From contig CAWBOC010000002.1 of the NCBI GenBank assembly GCA_963790305.1, positions 128,001-192,000 on the forward strand: DNA of 64,000 nucleotides, read 5' to 3'. A program made the translations under genes and the position numbers. Shown piece after piece: positions 11,622 through 22,712 of this stretch (the first letter of the stretch is position 1; every line of letters begins with the position of its first letter). The notes below the pieces were generated by a model that saw only the letters and a list, made by a program, of their open reading frames with translations, searched no databases and was not told the DNA's origin. This DNA comes from an uncultured Gemmatimonadaceae bacterium. Lineage in GTDB: Bacteria > Gemmatimonadota > Gemmatimonadetes > Gemmatimonadales > Gemmatimonadaceae.

Positions 11622-12290
11622 TCACGGCTCCGCCTCCACCACGCCCCGCCGCGCGAGGGCGCGCTTCAGCTCGGAAAGCGCCGCCCCGACGCGCCGGTAG
11701 ACGTGGAATACGGTTGGCAGATTCATCATTGCGGCGATTTCCCGGACCGGGCGCTCGTCCTCGAAGCGGAGTGCGAGGAGCAGGCGGTCCGACGGCTCGA
11801 GCTCATCCAGCGCCTGGCGCAGCGCACGCGTCAGCTCCTCACGGCGAAGGTCAAGGTCGGGGCTGCTTGATGAGGACGAGGCGATCTGCTCGGGATCGAT
11901 CTCGGTTGCGACGAGATCTTCGAGCCGGCGCCGCGCGGTGTGCTCCTCGCGACGCGCTCCGTCATCGCTGCGGGTCCGGCCGTAGCGATGCCTCTGGTAA
12001 TCGAGCAGAAGGCGTCGTGCGACGACCACGAGCCAGGTCGTGAATCGGGTCGTTAGGTGAGGCGTGTACGCGCGAAGACGCCGGTAAGAGTCTTCGCGCA
12101 GCTTCTCGACGACGTGGGCGTATCCGTCCATCGCCGCATTGCGGTCGCGCACCACCGTCCGGCAGGTGTGCAGCAGAAGACCGCTGTATGCGGTAAGGAA
12201 CTTCGCCCATGCCTCTTCCTGGTCAGCCGCTTGCGCGCTCAGAACGCGCGAGAGCTCCGGAGGAAGGCTGGGTGCATGCGGCGGCTGCAT
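11622..12290 (-). CDS. ECF-type sigma-70 factor
   Basis: Region 2 'RFTTWLVVVARRLLLDYQR'; region 4 'ALDELEPSDRLLLALRFED...REIAAMM'. Confidence 0.85.
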   Translation of the reverse strand: MQPPHAPSLPPELSRVLSAQAADQEEAWAKFLTAYSGLLLHTCRTVVRDRNAAMDGYAHVVEKLREDSYRRLRAYTPHLTTRFTTWLVVVARRLLLDYQRHRYGRTRSDDGARREEHTARRRLEDLVATEIDPEQIASSSSSSPDLDLRREELTRALRQALDELEPSDRLLLALRFEDERPVREIAAMMNLPTVFHVYRRVGAALSELKRALARRGVVEAEP

Positions 12291-12473
12291 TGGCTGTGGA
12301 ACCCCACGTCGGGTAGGCCGGGCAACGTGGTCCAGGGGAGACTACGCTACAGCTTCCCCGCGTGGGGCGCAAACATTTGACCGCCGCTCAGCCTGGATGC
12401 AGGTGTGGCCGCGCCCGCCTTCTGGTTCTTGAACCGGTGACGCGTCATTGCCTCACGAAACGTCGATTAAAGC

Positions 12474-12509
12474 AAGGGGGTCGCGACGCCGCGGCGTCGC
12501 GACCCCCTT
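12474..12509. terminator. Perfect 36-bp palindrome, possible terminator
   Basis: AAGGGGGTCGCGACGCCG|CGGCGTCGCGACCCCCTT between the hydrolase 3' end and the sigma gene start. Confidence 0.55.
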
Positions 12510-12620
12510 CGGTACCTGCCAACGGGTTGGTCGAACCTCTCCGCACGTCTTCACGCGGCAATTGAGCGTGCCGGGACCTATCGCGCCGATGGCGGATACG
12601 TCAGGTTCGCCATCCCAACG

Positions 12621-14800
12621 TCACGGGATGTAGTTGAAGACCTCCGGTAGCGGCAACCCAACGGGCACCTCGAAAAAGCGCTGTGGCTCCGGGTGAAGGA
12701 TCGTCGCACCACCCGAGGAGAAGAATACGGCGATCTGCCGCTGCGCGCCGATCGCAATCTCCCGGAAAGCGAACGTCCCCGTGGCCGGCATGAACCCGTG
12801 CCCATTCTTCGGGAGCGCGCCGTTCTCGGCGCGAGCCAAGTCGTGAAGGTAGTAGGTCGTGACGTCCGCCAGCTCGCCCGCGCGCAGCATCATGCTCGTG
12901 ATGGGGTTCGGCACGTTCTGATCGCCCTTGGCGAACTGGATCAGTACCGGTCGCGAGCGCACGCCGGAGAGCGGCGCCTTGCGGAGATGCGGCATGTACG
13001 CCATCGCGTCGCCGGACATCGCGGCCCACTCGATGTTCTCGAACGCGGCCTGGATGGCCATCGCCCCGGCGATGTCGTTGACTCGCGGCGGCTCGTTCCG
13101 GAGCGGCAGGTTCTCGTTGTAGCGCGGTGTGCCAACGGGAACGCCCCCGATTGTCGCGAGGCCCGAAGGGTTGATCAGCGAGGGGATACGCTCGTCGAGC
13201 CACCGTCCACGGCTGGCCCGGAAGACCGGCGAGAGACTTCCCCGAACAGCCTGCAGCGCCACCGGCACATTCAGCACGGCTGCCGACACGCTGGGGTCGA
13301 CGGCAAAAAGCTGCGCGCCGTACATGCCGCCTAGCGAGTGGCCGGCGTAGTAGATCCTTGATCGATCGAGCTCCGGAGACCCGTCTCCGTCGACATCGAC
13401 GCCCGCCTCGATCACGCGGACGAGCTGCATCAGATCGACGACCGTCTGCCGAAGTCCATCACGGTCGCGCAACACCCTCCGCGGCGCCGCGGCGTCAATG
13501 CCCTCTTGTGCGTCGATGGTCCCGTTGCCGTCTTGATCGATCCCGCGCCCTCCGGAGGCGAGGGTCACAGACCGAGCGCCGACGAGCGACACGGTGAGCG
13601 TGCTGCCTGCGCCGAAGCCGTGGCCGACCGCGTTGATGGTGACCGTGGCAATCCCACGTTCGGCCATGGTGGCCGCGATGCCCAAGGAGAAACCCTCCTT
13701 CGCCCCTCCGCTGCCGTGGCCGACAATCGCCACCGGCCACCCGCCCCCCGGCGCGGGACCTGAGGGTAGGAACAGGTTGAAATAGACGTCGTTCCAGCCT
13801 TGGACGGTCGGGCCGCTCCGGGTTGGAGCCGGCGGAATGAACTCCCCGGGATGCAGCATGTAGTCGGGCGAGCGGAACTTCCCGAACGCGATGCGGCCGA
13901 CGACGCTTTCGCCATTCTGGGAGCCGATGGAGGTCGACCAGGCCTACGTTGAGCGGCGTCGAGCTCAGCGTCGGACCGGCCGTCATTCTGACGGTTCCAC
14001 ATCATGCCGGTCACGTCATTCCGATTGAATACCGCGCGGCTGCCCTCCGGGCCCACGCCGAAGTCCGCACGGTCAGCTGAGCCTGCCTTGATCTGGTCCC
14101 GGATCTTCTCCAGGATCGCCGTGGCACTCTGGGTCGTGAACACGCTCGCCATGGCGATCTCCTCCTCCTGTACTCCCGCGAGCCGAGCCGCGTGAACTGC
14201 CTCGAGGAGTGCGTGCTTGTAATCGTCCCTCTCGGTCTGACGGAAGCTTTGAAACGCCTCGGTCACGCCGATCGGCGCAGCGGAGGCGTCGCGTACCGCG
14301 CGGGTTACGATGAGCGCATAACGCGTGTGCTGCTGGAGGAGCTCGTCCGATTCGGCGTGAAGCGTGTTGGTCCCTGGATCCCAGACGACCTGATTGATGC
14401 CGATCTTCCGCCCGCCGCCGTCTCGAGCGTTGACCGGATCCCCGAGCTCGATCAGGAAGATGGCCTCGCTCGTCGGTGAGCTCACGTCAATCGGGCCGTC
14501 GAACGGGATTGAGAGCCTCGGCTGAAGGTTGAACCCGTCCAGCGTGTTGAGCACCTCCACGTCCTCGCAGTCGGTGGGGCGCGCGGCACAGTCAGGCAGC
14601 GGGAGGTGAACGCGTCGACCAGTGTTTTGGGCTGGGTCAGCCAGGGTAAACCGGTCACTCGGGAAGAGGCCGATGGGAGGATCTCGGTCTGCGATGGAGA
14701 AGCTTGGCCCGGCCGCCGGAACGGGCGCGATCGGGGCTTCGGTGCAGCCAGAGAGAGCAGCCATTGTGATGAGAACGCAGGGAAAAATCCGGGTCTTCAT
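12621..14800 (-). CDS. Lipoprotein: Ig-like N-terminus + alpha/beta hydrolase (lipase-like), frameshifted
   Basis: Lipobox LSGC; 'FPSD...LNTLDGF' N-terminal motif; 'WPVAIVGHG' and nucleophile GHSLG; split over ORFs 13565..14800 and 12621..13859. Confidence 0.75.
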
Positions 14801-15030
14801 GTGTCCCTCCCGATGCCGGGCGATCGGGTTTCGGAGCCTGCGCCAATGTCAAACGGACCGCGTGGCGCAGATTGCGGTCGAGCGCCATGACGGGCGTTGC
14901 GCAGGCTCGACGCGTTGCCGCGGCGTCCTTTTTGTTGGGAGGCACGCTGAAATCAGGATCGGTTCCAGCCAATCGCCGACGGAACCGTCGAACGTCAACA
15001 CCCGATAGAGCACCGCCTATCTGCCACGAC

Positions 15031-16745
15031 TTATTCGGGCCCTACCACCTGGGGATCTGCCGTGAGGAGCTTGTCGATCTCCTCCGACGGCACCGGCTTC
15101 GAGAACAAATAGCCCTGCGCGTACTCACACCCGATCTCGCGAAGCGTCGCGAGCTGGGACTCAGTCTCGACCCCCTCGGCTACCGCCGCCGACGCCGATG
15201 TTGCTCGCCAGCGCCTGCACGGTGCGAACGAGCTGCAGATGCGTCGGCTCGGTCTGCATCCGCATGACGAACGAGCGGTCGATCTTGATCGCGTCCAGCG
15301 GCCACTGATGCAGCGAGCCTAACGACGAGTAGCCGGTGCCGAAGTCGTCGAGGTAGATTCGGACCCCGAGCTGACGGAGCGCCGCCAGCATCTCGAGGGT
15401 GCGCGCCGAGTCCTCGATCGCGATGCTCTCCGTGATCTCGAGCCGGAGCAGCTTGGGATCGATGCCGGTCGCCTGGATCGTCTCCTGCACCCGGCTGACG
15501 AACTCGAGCTGCGTAAATTCGCGCACCGAGAGATTCACGCTGATGCTGAGCGGGGATCGCGAACTGAACCGCTCCTGCCACGCCCGAAGCTGGCGGCAGG
15601 CCTGCACCGAGAACGTACGACCCGATGGGAATGATCAACCCGGTCTCTTCAGCCAGCGGGATGAACTCGAGCGGCGGAATGACTCGCTGTCGAGCCTGCC
15701 AGCGCACCAGCGCCTCGAGCTCCGTGATGCGCCCCGACCGGAGATCGACCATTGGCTGGTAGTAGACGACGAACTCGCGCCGATCCACAGCGCGGTGGAG
15801 ATCGGTCTCCGCCTTGAGACGCGTGAGCGCACGCGCCTGCATCACCCGGTCGAACATCTCGAACCGACTGCGACCAGCGCGCTTCGCACGAGACAGCGCA
15901 ATGTCGGCGCACTGGAGCAGCTCCGCGGACCCTTGCGACGTGCCAGCGAGCTCGTCACCACCCCCATGCTTGCGGAGGGAAAGATCTCGGCCGATTCCCC
16001 GTCATCAGCACGCAAGAGGACCGGAGCGGCGAGCGCCTCACGAATACGCTCGGTCACACGCCCCGCGTCTGTCTCGTCGGCGAGGCTCTCGAGCAGGATC
16101 GCAAAGTCGTCACCGCCCAGGCGCGCGACCGTGTCCTCCCCGCGCACGCAGGTTCCCAGCCGGCGGGCCATCTCGATCAGCAGCTCGTCGCCCGCGCCAT
16201 GACCCAGGCTGTCATTCACGGCCTTGAACCCGTCGAGGTCGAGCACCACGACCGCGAAACGAAAGTCCTTGTGGCGACGGCCGCGGGTCACCGCGTGAGC
16301 GAGCCGATCGAGGAAGAGCGAGCGATTCGGCAGGCCGGTCAGCGCGTCGTGAAGCGCGTGACGACGAAGGTGGATCTCGGTCGAAACCCAGTCAGCGAGA
16401 TCCGTGATCGCCGCCGACGTCTCGATCGGACCAGTGTCGTGGTTCGTTGTCGAGCACCCAGAGTGTGCCCGCTGCGCGCAACAGCGTTGCCGACGCTCAC
16501 CGCGACGTAGGCACTGCGCCGGCACCGGTGGCTGCGGTGGCGTGGTCGACGACCGGCCCGCATCGCGCGTCGTGCGACGAGCAGATCGGCTCCGCGGGCG
16601 CGCGTCGCCTCCGTGAGCAGGTATTGAGAGCGCGGGTTTGCCAAAGGCGGCCCCCACGATTCGCGTGAGCCGCTCGACCGACTCGCTAGGCAGGAGGGCG
16701 AGCAGGGATCGGTTCGGTGTGTGCGTGCGACTTTCCTCTTGCAAT
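15031..16745 (-). CDS. Diguanylate cyclase/phosphodiesterase (GGDEF-EAL), frameshifted
   Basis: HDALTGLPNR, DLDGFKAVNDSLGH, ARLGGDDF, YQP..LEALVRW, LEITES, LDDFGTGYSS, IKIDRSF, AEGVE and QGYLFSKP spread over several frames; start approximate. Confidence 0.8.
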
Positions 16746-16907
16746 GGGACGTGTCGGGAGGGCCACCAGGCCATTCCTATGACGGCCGACGTCTCGGCAG
16801 GAAACGTCAGATCATAACAAAGGGGTGCATTGCAGGACCGCGCTACACCCCTCCCCGACCTCCCGCACGCCGGGGATCCTAGACCGAGCAGGCTCTCACG
16901 AACGCGG

Positions 16908-17590
16908 TCACCGCCTCGGGCCGGAGCCGCCGCCCGCGTCCTCGTCATGCTTGAAGAAGACGTACGCCTCGCTCCATGTCTGGCCGCTCACGCATTTGGC
17001 CCACTCGCCTAACGCCCCGTCAGTGTAGTCCGGGCGGTGGAGCCGCAAGTATCCCCACGACGCCGTCGCGTGCACGGGACACTTGAAGTCCTCCTGCTCG
17101 GCGAGACACATCGCGACGTCGTGCTCGCGCAGCGCGGCGAACACGTCGTCGTCGAACCAGCTCTCGTGGCGGAACTCGATGCGTGAACCGGCGATCGGAG
17201 GGGAGCAGCCCGAGGAAGCCGCGCAGGCGCGCCGTGTCCTTCTGCATGTTCGGCGGAAGCTGGAACAGAATCGGGTCCCAGCCGATCGCCGAGCGTCGCG
17301 GTATTTCGGAGCAGGTAATCGACGGTGTCAGCGCAGTCGGGCTTGAGCCGCGAGTAGTGCGTGATGCGCTGGCTCGCCTTGATCGAGAAGGTGAACTGCT
17401 CGGGAACCTGCGCCGCCCACTCCCGCAACACGTTCTCCTTCGGCAGCCGGTAGAACGTGTTGTTGATCTCGACGGTCGGAAACTTCGAGGCGTAGTAGCC
17501 CAGCCACCCGTCGCTCTTCAGGTCGTCCGGATAAAACGAGCCCTTCCACTCCTTGAACGCATAGCCGCTCGTCCCCGCGAGCAGCTTCAT
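16908..17590 (-). CDS. DUF72 family protein (frameshifted)
   Basis: MKLLAGTSGYAFKEWKGSFYP, VEINNTFYRLP, FSIKASQRITH, YLRLH, YVFFKH. Confidence 0.85.
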
Positions 17591-18399
17591 GACACCATGC
17601 GCCCCGCTTTGGTCTCTTCGGGCTTCGACGTCTTCGCGAGGCTCGCCTTCAGCGCTTCCATCAGGTCGAGGATCTTGCCGCTCGAGTCCGGCTGCACGTC
17701 GGACGTGATGTCCTGACCCTCCACCTTCCGCTGGATCGCCTCGAGCACCCGCTCGCGAACGGTGTCCTTGTACTTGTTCGGCTCGAACGACTCGTTGACC
17801 AGCTGCTCGATGAGCTGCTTGGCGAGCGCGAGCTCGGCGGGCTTCACTTCGCCAGGTGGAACCGTGACCTCGTGCGCGGGCCGGACCTCCTCCGCGTACT
17901 TGAGCTGCTCCATGGCGAGAATGCCGTTGAGCGGGCGGAGCAGCACGAGCGTCTGGCCCCCGCGCGCGGCATACTGTCCGAGCGCAGCTCGACCGGTCTC
18001 TCGGAGCGCCTCGCACAGCAGGCGATAGGCGCGGTCTCCTCCCTTATCCGGTCCCAGGTAGTACACTTTGTCGACGTACTCCCGATCGACCTTCTCGAGC
18101 GGGACGAACTCGACGACCTCGATCATCCCCGTCGCCTTTTCGTCCAGCGCCTTCAGCTCCTCGGCGGTGAAGACCACGTACTGGTCTTTCGCGAACTCGT
18201 ATCCCTTGACGGTCTCGTCACGTCCGACGATCTCGTTGTCCTTGGGACAGGTGTACTGCTGCTTGAGCCGCGTGTTGCACTTCTTGTGGAGCATGTTGAA
18301 CGACACGCTGCTCTTCGATTCCGATGACGAATAGAGGTTCACCGGAACGGAGACGAGGCCGAACGAGATTGTCGCGGTAGCTATGGAACGAGGGGGCAT
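17587..18399 (-). CDS. ku: NHEJ Ku protein
   Basis: ISFGLVSVPVNLY, VKGYE, YYLGP, FEPNKYKD, DLMEALKASL; start at MPPRSIAT. Confidence 0.95.
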   Translation of the reverse strand: MPPRSIATATISFGLVSVPVNLYSSSESKSSVSFNMLHKKCNTRLKQQYTCPKDNEIVGRDETVKGYEFAKDQYVVFTAEELKALDEKATGMIEVVEFVPLEKVDREYVDKVYYLGPDKGGDRAYRLLCEALRETGRAALGQYAARGGQTLVLLRPLNGILAMEQLKYAEEVRPAHEVTVPPGEVKPAELALAKQLIEQLVNESFEPNKYKDTVRERVLEAIQRKVEGQDITSDVQPDSSGKILDLMEALKASLAKTSKPEETKAGRMVS

Positions 18400-18493
18400 G
18401 GTCGGCAACCTGGTGGGGGGCGCGAAGACGACGAGCAGAACGCGCTCAAGGAAACTCTTACCTCGTACGCGTTTCGGATGCAAGAGGTGACTA

Positions 18494-21069
18494 ATTACTA
18501 ACACCCCGCCCCCCGACGACAGCCTCGGCACGTACCGGGCGAAGCGCTCTCCCGACAGCACCACGGAGCCGATGGGGACGGTATCACCCGTCCTCGGCCG
18601 GCTGTTCGTGGTGCACAAGCACGCCGCCCGGCAGCTCCACTTCGACCTGCGGCTCGAGATGGAGGGGGTTCTTCGCTCGTGGGCGGTGCCGAAGGGCCCG
18701 TCCTACGATCAAAACGACAAGCGGCTCGCCGTGCGGGTGGAGGACCACCCCATCGAGTACGGGGACTTCGAGGGAATGATCCCCAAGGGCAACTACGGCG
18801 CGGGCGCCGTCATCGTGTGGGATCGTGGCGAATGGGTGCCGCTCGAGGATTGGCGCGAGGGCCTGGAGAAGGGGAAGCTCCTCTTCGAGCTCAAGGGCTA
18901 CAAGCTCAAGGGCAAGTGGACGCTGGTGAAGATCAAGAAGAGCGAGCGCGACTGGCTGCTGATCAAGGAGCGCGACGCCTTCATGAAGTCGCCGGGTGAC
19001 CAGTTCCCCGAGCAGTCGGTGCTCTCCGGCGTCACCGTCGAGGAAATGCTGGCGGGAGAAACGCCGGGCTCGAGGCTGCGCGCAGCGGCGGAAAAGGCTG
19101 GCGCCGCGAAGTCCCGCGTCGACCCACGTGCCGCGCCGCCGATGCTCGCCGAAACGGCGGACGAACGCATTCACGCGGGACGACTGGATCTTCGAGCTCA
19201 AGCTCGACGGATACCGTCTCATCGCCAGCAAGACCAAGGGCGAAGCGCTCCTTCTCACCCGCAACGGGAACGACTACACGGCGGTTTTTCCCGAGATCGC
19301 GCGTGCGATCAAGGCGCTGCCGATCGATGAGTTCATCATCGACGGCGAAGTGGTGTGTCTCGATGGCGACGGCAAGCCGAGCTTCGCCCGCCTCCAGCGG
19401 CGTGGACGGCTGCACGTCCGACATCGACATTCGCCGCGCGGCGGTCGAGCTTCCCGCGACGTTCTACGCCTTCGACTTGCTCGCGGTCGATGATCTCGAT
19501 CTGCGCGCCGCTCCCGCTCGTCGCGCGCAAGGAGCTCCTGGCGCAGGCGGTGCCCAAGCTGGGCCCGGTGCGCCTGCTCGAGCACATCGAGCGTGAAGGG
19601 GAAGCGTTTCTCGAGCAGGTCGAGAAGCTCGGGCTCGAGGGGATCATCGCCAAGAAGGCGGATGCGCCCTATCGGCCGGGGCGCACGGCGCAGTGGCTCA
19701 AGATCAAGGCAGAGGCAACCGGCGACTTCGTGATCGTCGGGTTCACGCAGCCCAAAGGCTCGCGCAGCAGCCTGGGTGCGTTGCAGCTCGGCGACTTCGT
19801 GAATGGCGAGCTGGTGTATGCCGGCCGGGTCGGGACGGGATTCAACGATGAGCTGCTTCGCGAGCTCGGCGAGCTGCTCGCTCCGATCGTTCGCCGCGAC
19901 TCCGCCCTGTCGAGGTCCGGTGATCGGCGGCGCTAATCGACGCGACGCGATTCCGGAGATCAAGACGACGACGTGGGTGGAGCCCATGTACGTGTGCGAA
20001 GTACAGTTCCGCGAGTGGACGCCCGACGGGCTGCTGCGTCATGCGGCGTATCTGCGCGCGCGGTCGGACAAGCGCCCGCAGGACTGTGTGCGCCAGGGTG
20101 TGGTGCACGAAGAGGATGGTTCACCGACCGCCGCGGTGGTGAGCGAGCCACCGCCCTCGCCTCCGAAGGAGCCGGTCAAGAAGACGATCAGCTTCTCGAA
20201 CCTGAAGAAGATCTACTGGCCTGCCGAGCGGTACACGAAGGGCGACATGATCGAGTACTATCGCGCCGTGTCGCGCTGGCTGCTGCCGTATCTTCGCAAT
20301 CGCCCGGTGGTGATGACGCGCTTTCCGGACGGGATCGACGGGAAGTCGTTCTATCAAAAGGATGCGCCCGAGTTCGCGCCCGAGTGGATGCGCACGGTGC
20401 GGATCTGGAGCGAGGATACGCAGCGCGAGATTCGATACTTCGTCTGCGACGACGAAGAATCGTTGCTGTACGTGGCCAATCTGGGGACGATTCCGCTGCA
20501 CATCTGGGCGAGTCGCGTCGGCTCGCTCGAGCTGTGCGACTGGTGCGTGCTCGACCTGGATCCCAAGGAGGCGCCCTTTGCGGATGTGATCCGCTGCGCC
20601 CAGGCTGCTGCGACAGTTATGTCAAGCGGTCGGATTGTCGAGCTACATCAAGACGACGGGGAAAACCGGGCTGCACATCATGCTCCCCCTCGGGCGCCAG
20701 TGCACCTACGCGCAGTCGCGCACGTTAGGCGAGTTGCTCGCGCGCGTCGTGCTTCGGGAGCTGAAGGACATCGCGACGATCACGCGGCACGTCACCAAGC
20801 GCGGCGACAAGGTGTACCTCGATTATCTGCAGAACCGGCACGGGCAGACGATCGTGGCCCCGTTCAGCGTCAGGCCCTTGCCCGGCGCGACGGTGTCGAT
20901 GCCGTTGCTTTGGGACGAGGTCAACGATTCACTCGATCCGCGCGCGTTCACGATCAAGACCGCGATCGAGCGCATGGAGCGCCTGACGAGCGACCCGGTG
21001 GCGCCGGTCCTCGAGGAGAAGCCCGATCTGGGGCAGGTACTCGAGAGGCTCGCGGGTCTGATGGAATAG
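18494..21069 (+). CDS. ligD: NHEJ DNA ligase D (phosphoesterase-ligase-polymerase), frameshifted
   Basis: PE: TYRAKR, HAARQLHFDLRLE, SWAVPKGP. Ligase: ELKLDGYR, DGEVV, LEGIIAK, WLKIK. Pol: RFPDG, FYQK, DLDP, KTTGKTGLH. Spread over five ORFs; start codon unclear. Confidence 0.9.
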
Positions 21070-21070
21070 G

Positions 21071-21101
21071 GGTCAGGAGTCAGGACTCCTGACTCCTGAC
21101 C
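21071..21101. repeat. Heptamer-arm palindrome, TCAGGAG family (minimal copy)
   Basis: GGTCAGGAGTCAGGA-c-TCCTGACTCCTGACC between convergent genes. Confidence 0.8.
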
Positions 21102-21103
21102 AC

Positions 21104-22054
21104 CTAGGGCTTAGGCTCCCTCATTCGCGCCAGATCCACTTCGGCCGCAATGAAGCCGAACGCCGGCCACTGGTCGCCACCCACGATGCGCTCGAACAGC
21201 GCGCGCGCGCGGGTCGTGTCTCCTTCCATTAAATGCCAGTTGGCGACGCCATACGCACCCGTCACGAAGGGCAGCTCCCCGGCGGCCGAGAGTGAATCGA
21301 GTGTCGAGGTCTCATCGCGAATGCCCCGATAGAAGAGCAGCGCCCGGTAGTACGGAGCGTTGTCGCGAACGGTCCACCCCTCTCGAATCACGCGCGCGAG
21401 CCGGCGAGCATCCGCGTGCTTGCCGGCACGGCGGAGCGCGCGATAGCGCCAGTCGAGCATCGCGGCGCGTCCGTCATCGTCGGTCTTGAGCGACATACAG
21501 CTGCGGTACCAGATCGGATTGACGCGCGCCTCCTCGACCGCCTGCCACTTTGGATTCTCGGCGAACTCCGTGCACTTCTCGATGACCGCCGCGGCATTGG
21601 CGTAGCGCTGCGTCAGGTAGTAGGCGAGGGCGAGCTGGTACGAGATGTCGTAATTGGTCGAGTCGAGCGAGACGGCGCGCTCCAGATCTCGCACCGCCTC
21701 ATCGAAGCGCCGTAGCGACATGTACCGATGACCGCGGAACCGATAGAGCCGCGCCTCATCGGGATACCTCTCGATGCCGCGCGTGAACATCTCGATCGCC
21801 GAGTTGAATCGGCGCGCGGCCGACCGCGCAATGCCGGCGTTGATGATTAGGGTGACGCTGTTGGGATCGTCGGCGAGCTCGGCGTCGGCACGCGCGATGA
21901 GACCGGCGGTGTCGCGGATGGCACGCAGGGGGACGCCGAGGAGCGAGATGCCCTCGGGGCCGGCGGGGGCATCGACGGATGGCGAGCGGCGCCCCCCTCC
22001 GCAGGCGAGGGCGATGGTCGCAATCCCGATGATCGAGATTCGGTGCAGACGCAA
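21104..22054 (-). CDS. TPR-repeat lipoprotein
   Basis: Likely TTG start after GGAG, lipobox ALAC, TPR motifs (AIEMFTRGIERYP, RFDEAVRDLERAVSLD). Confidence 0.75.
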   Translation of the reverse strand: MRLHRISIIGIATIALACGGGRRSPSVDAPAGPEGISLLGVPLRAIRDTAGLIARADAELADDPNSVTLIINAGIARSAARRFNSAIEMFTRGIERYPDEARLYRFRGHRYMSLRRFDEAVRDLERAVSLDSTNYDISYQLALAYYLTQRYANAAAVIEKCTEFAENPKWQAVEEARVNPIWYRSCMSLKTDDDGRAAMLDWRYRALRRAGKHADARRLARVIREGWTVRDNAPYYRALLFYRGIRDETSTLDSLSAAGELPFVTGAYGVANWHLMEGDTTRARALFERIVGGDQWPAFGFIAAEVDLARMREPKP

Positions 22055-22122
22055 ACGAGCAACTCCGGTGGAGCGGTCTACCGTCAAAGCTCGCCAGGGT
22101 GTAGCGAGAACGGCAAGCCGCG

Positions 22123-22560
22123 TCAGCGCTTCGAGACGGCCTCGAAGCCGCTCATGAGCGCACCGGAGTACAACATCGGGCTCTGCTGCGCCGCGAGCTT
22201 CTTGAGGCGCCTCCCGCGCTTGGGCGCCGGCGTCCGGTTGGGCAGCCAGGCCGCATAGGCGAGCGCGCTGGCCACGAGTCCCTCGGCAGGCCGTGACAGC
22301 TCGCCGCGATTCCTGATCACGCCGTACGCCGCACCGAGAAGGGCTGAATACGCGAGGTGCGTGACCCAGCCAACCGCCGTCGCCCGCCTCGACCGTCCCT
22401 GACCGAGCCGCGACGCCCAGCGGCGCCCAACCGTTGGCCCGCGCGCGAGATCGGTCCTCTCGCCGATGTGCTCGGCAACGAGCATCGCCGCGCCGGCGAG
22501 CGCCCCCGAGACGGCCCCGCGCAGCGCCGCTTCCGGCGCCCCCATGCGTTTTCGCTTCAT
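22123..22560 (-). CDS. Small membrane protein
   Basis: GAVSGALAGAAML...HLAYSALLGAAYG pattern of hydrophobic segments; DUF1440-like by resemblance only. Confidence 0.55.
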   Translation of the reverse strand: MKRKRMGAPEAALRGAVSGALAGAAMLVAEHIGERTDLARGPTVGRRWASRLGQGRSRRATAVGWVTHLAYSALLGAAYGVIRNRGELSRPAEGLVASALAYAAWLPNRTPAPKRGRRLKKLAAQQSPMLYSGALMSGFEAVSKR

Positions 22561-22595
22561 GCGGAAAATAGAATGAAAAGTGTGTGCCACGGAGA

Positions 22596-22710
22596 CGAAT
22601 GCGGAATCCGGAATGCGGATCCACCCCATGCAACAAGGGCCCCAAGTTCGATTGGGGCCCTGTCGCCTACTACGGTCTTACAAGAATCCGCATTCCGCAA
22701 TCCGCATTCG
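22596..22710. repeat. Heptamer-arm palindrome, GAATGCG family
   Basis: (GAATGCG)x3 arm 22596-22620, inverted arm 22686-22710, inner hairpin AGGGCCCCAA...TTGGGGCCCT. Confidence 0.8.
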
Positions 22711-22712
22711 CC

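Noticed and set aside
7756..12290. Type III-E CRISPR-associated protease (Craspase) locus
   Set aside because: No Cas7-11 or array in the window and the CHAT protein has a signal peptide; the resemblance is only an analogy.
18572..21069. Split ligD or programmed frameshifting
   Set aside because: Breaks fall mid-domain without evident slippery sites and match the regional indel pattern.
21104..22645. 513-aa ORF as a single gene
   Set aside because: The N-terminal 200 codons overlap a better gene (22123-22560) and look like off-frame translation; a lipoprotein start exists at 22054.
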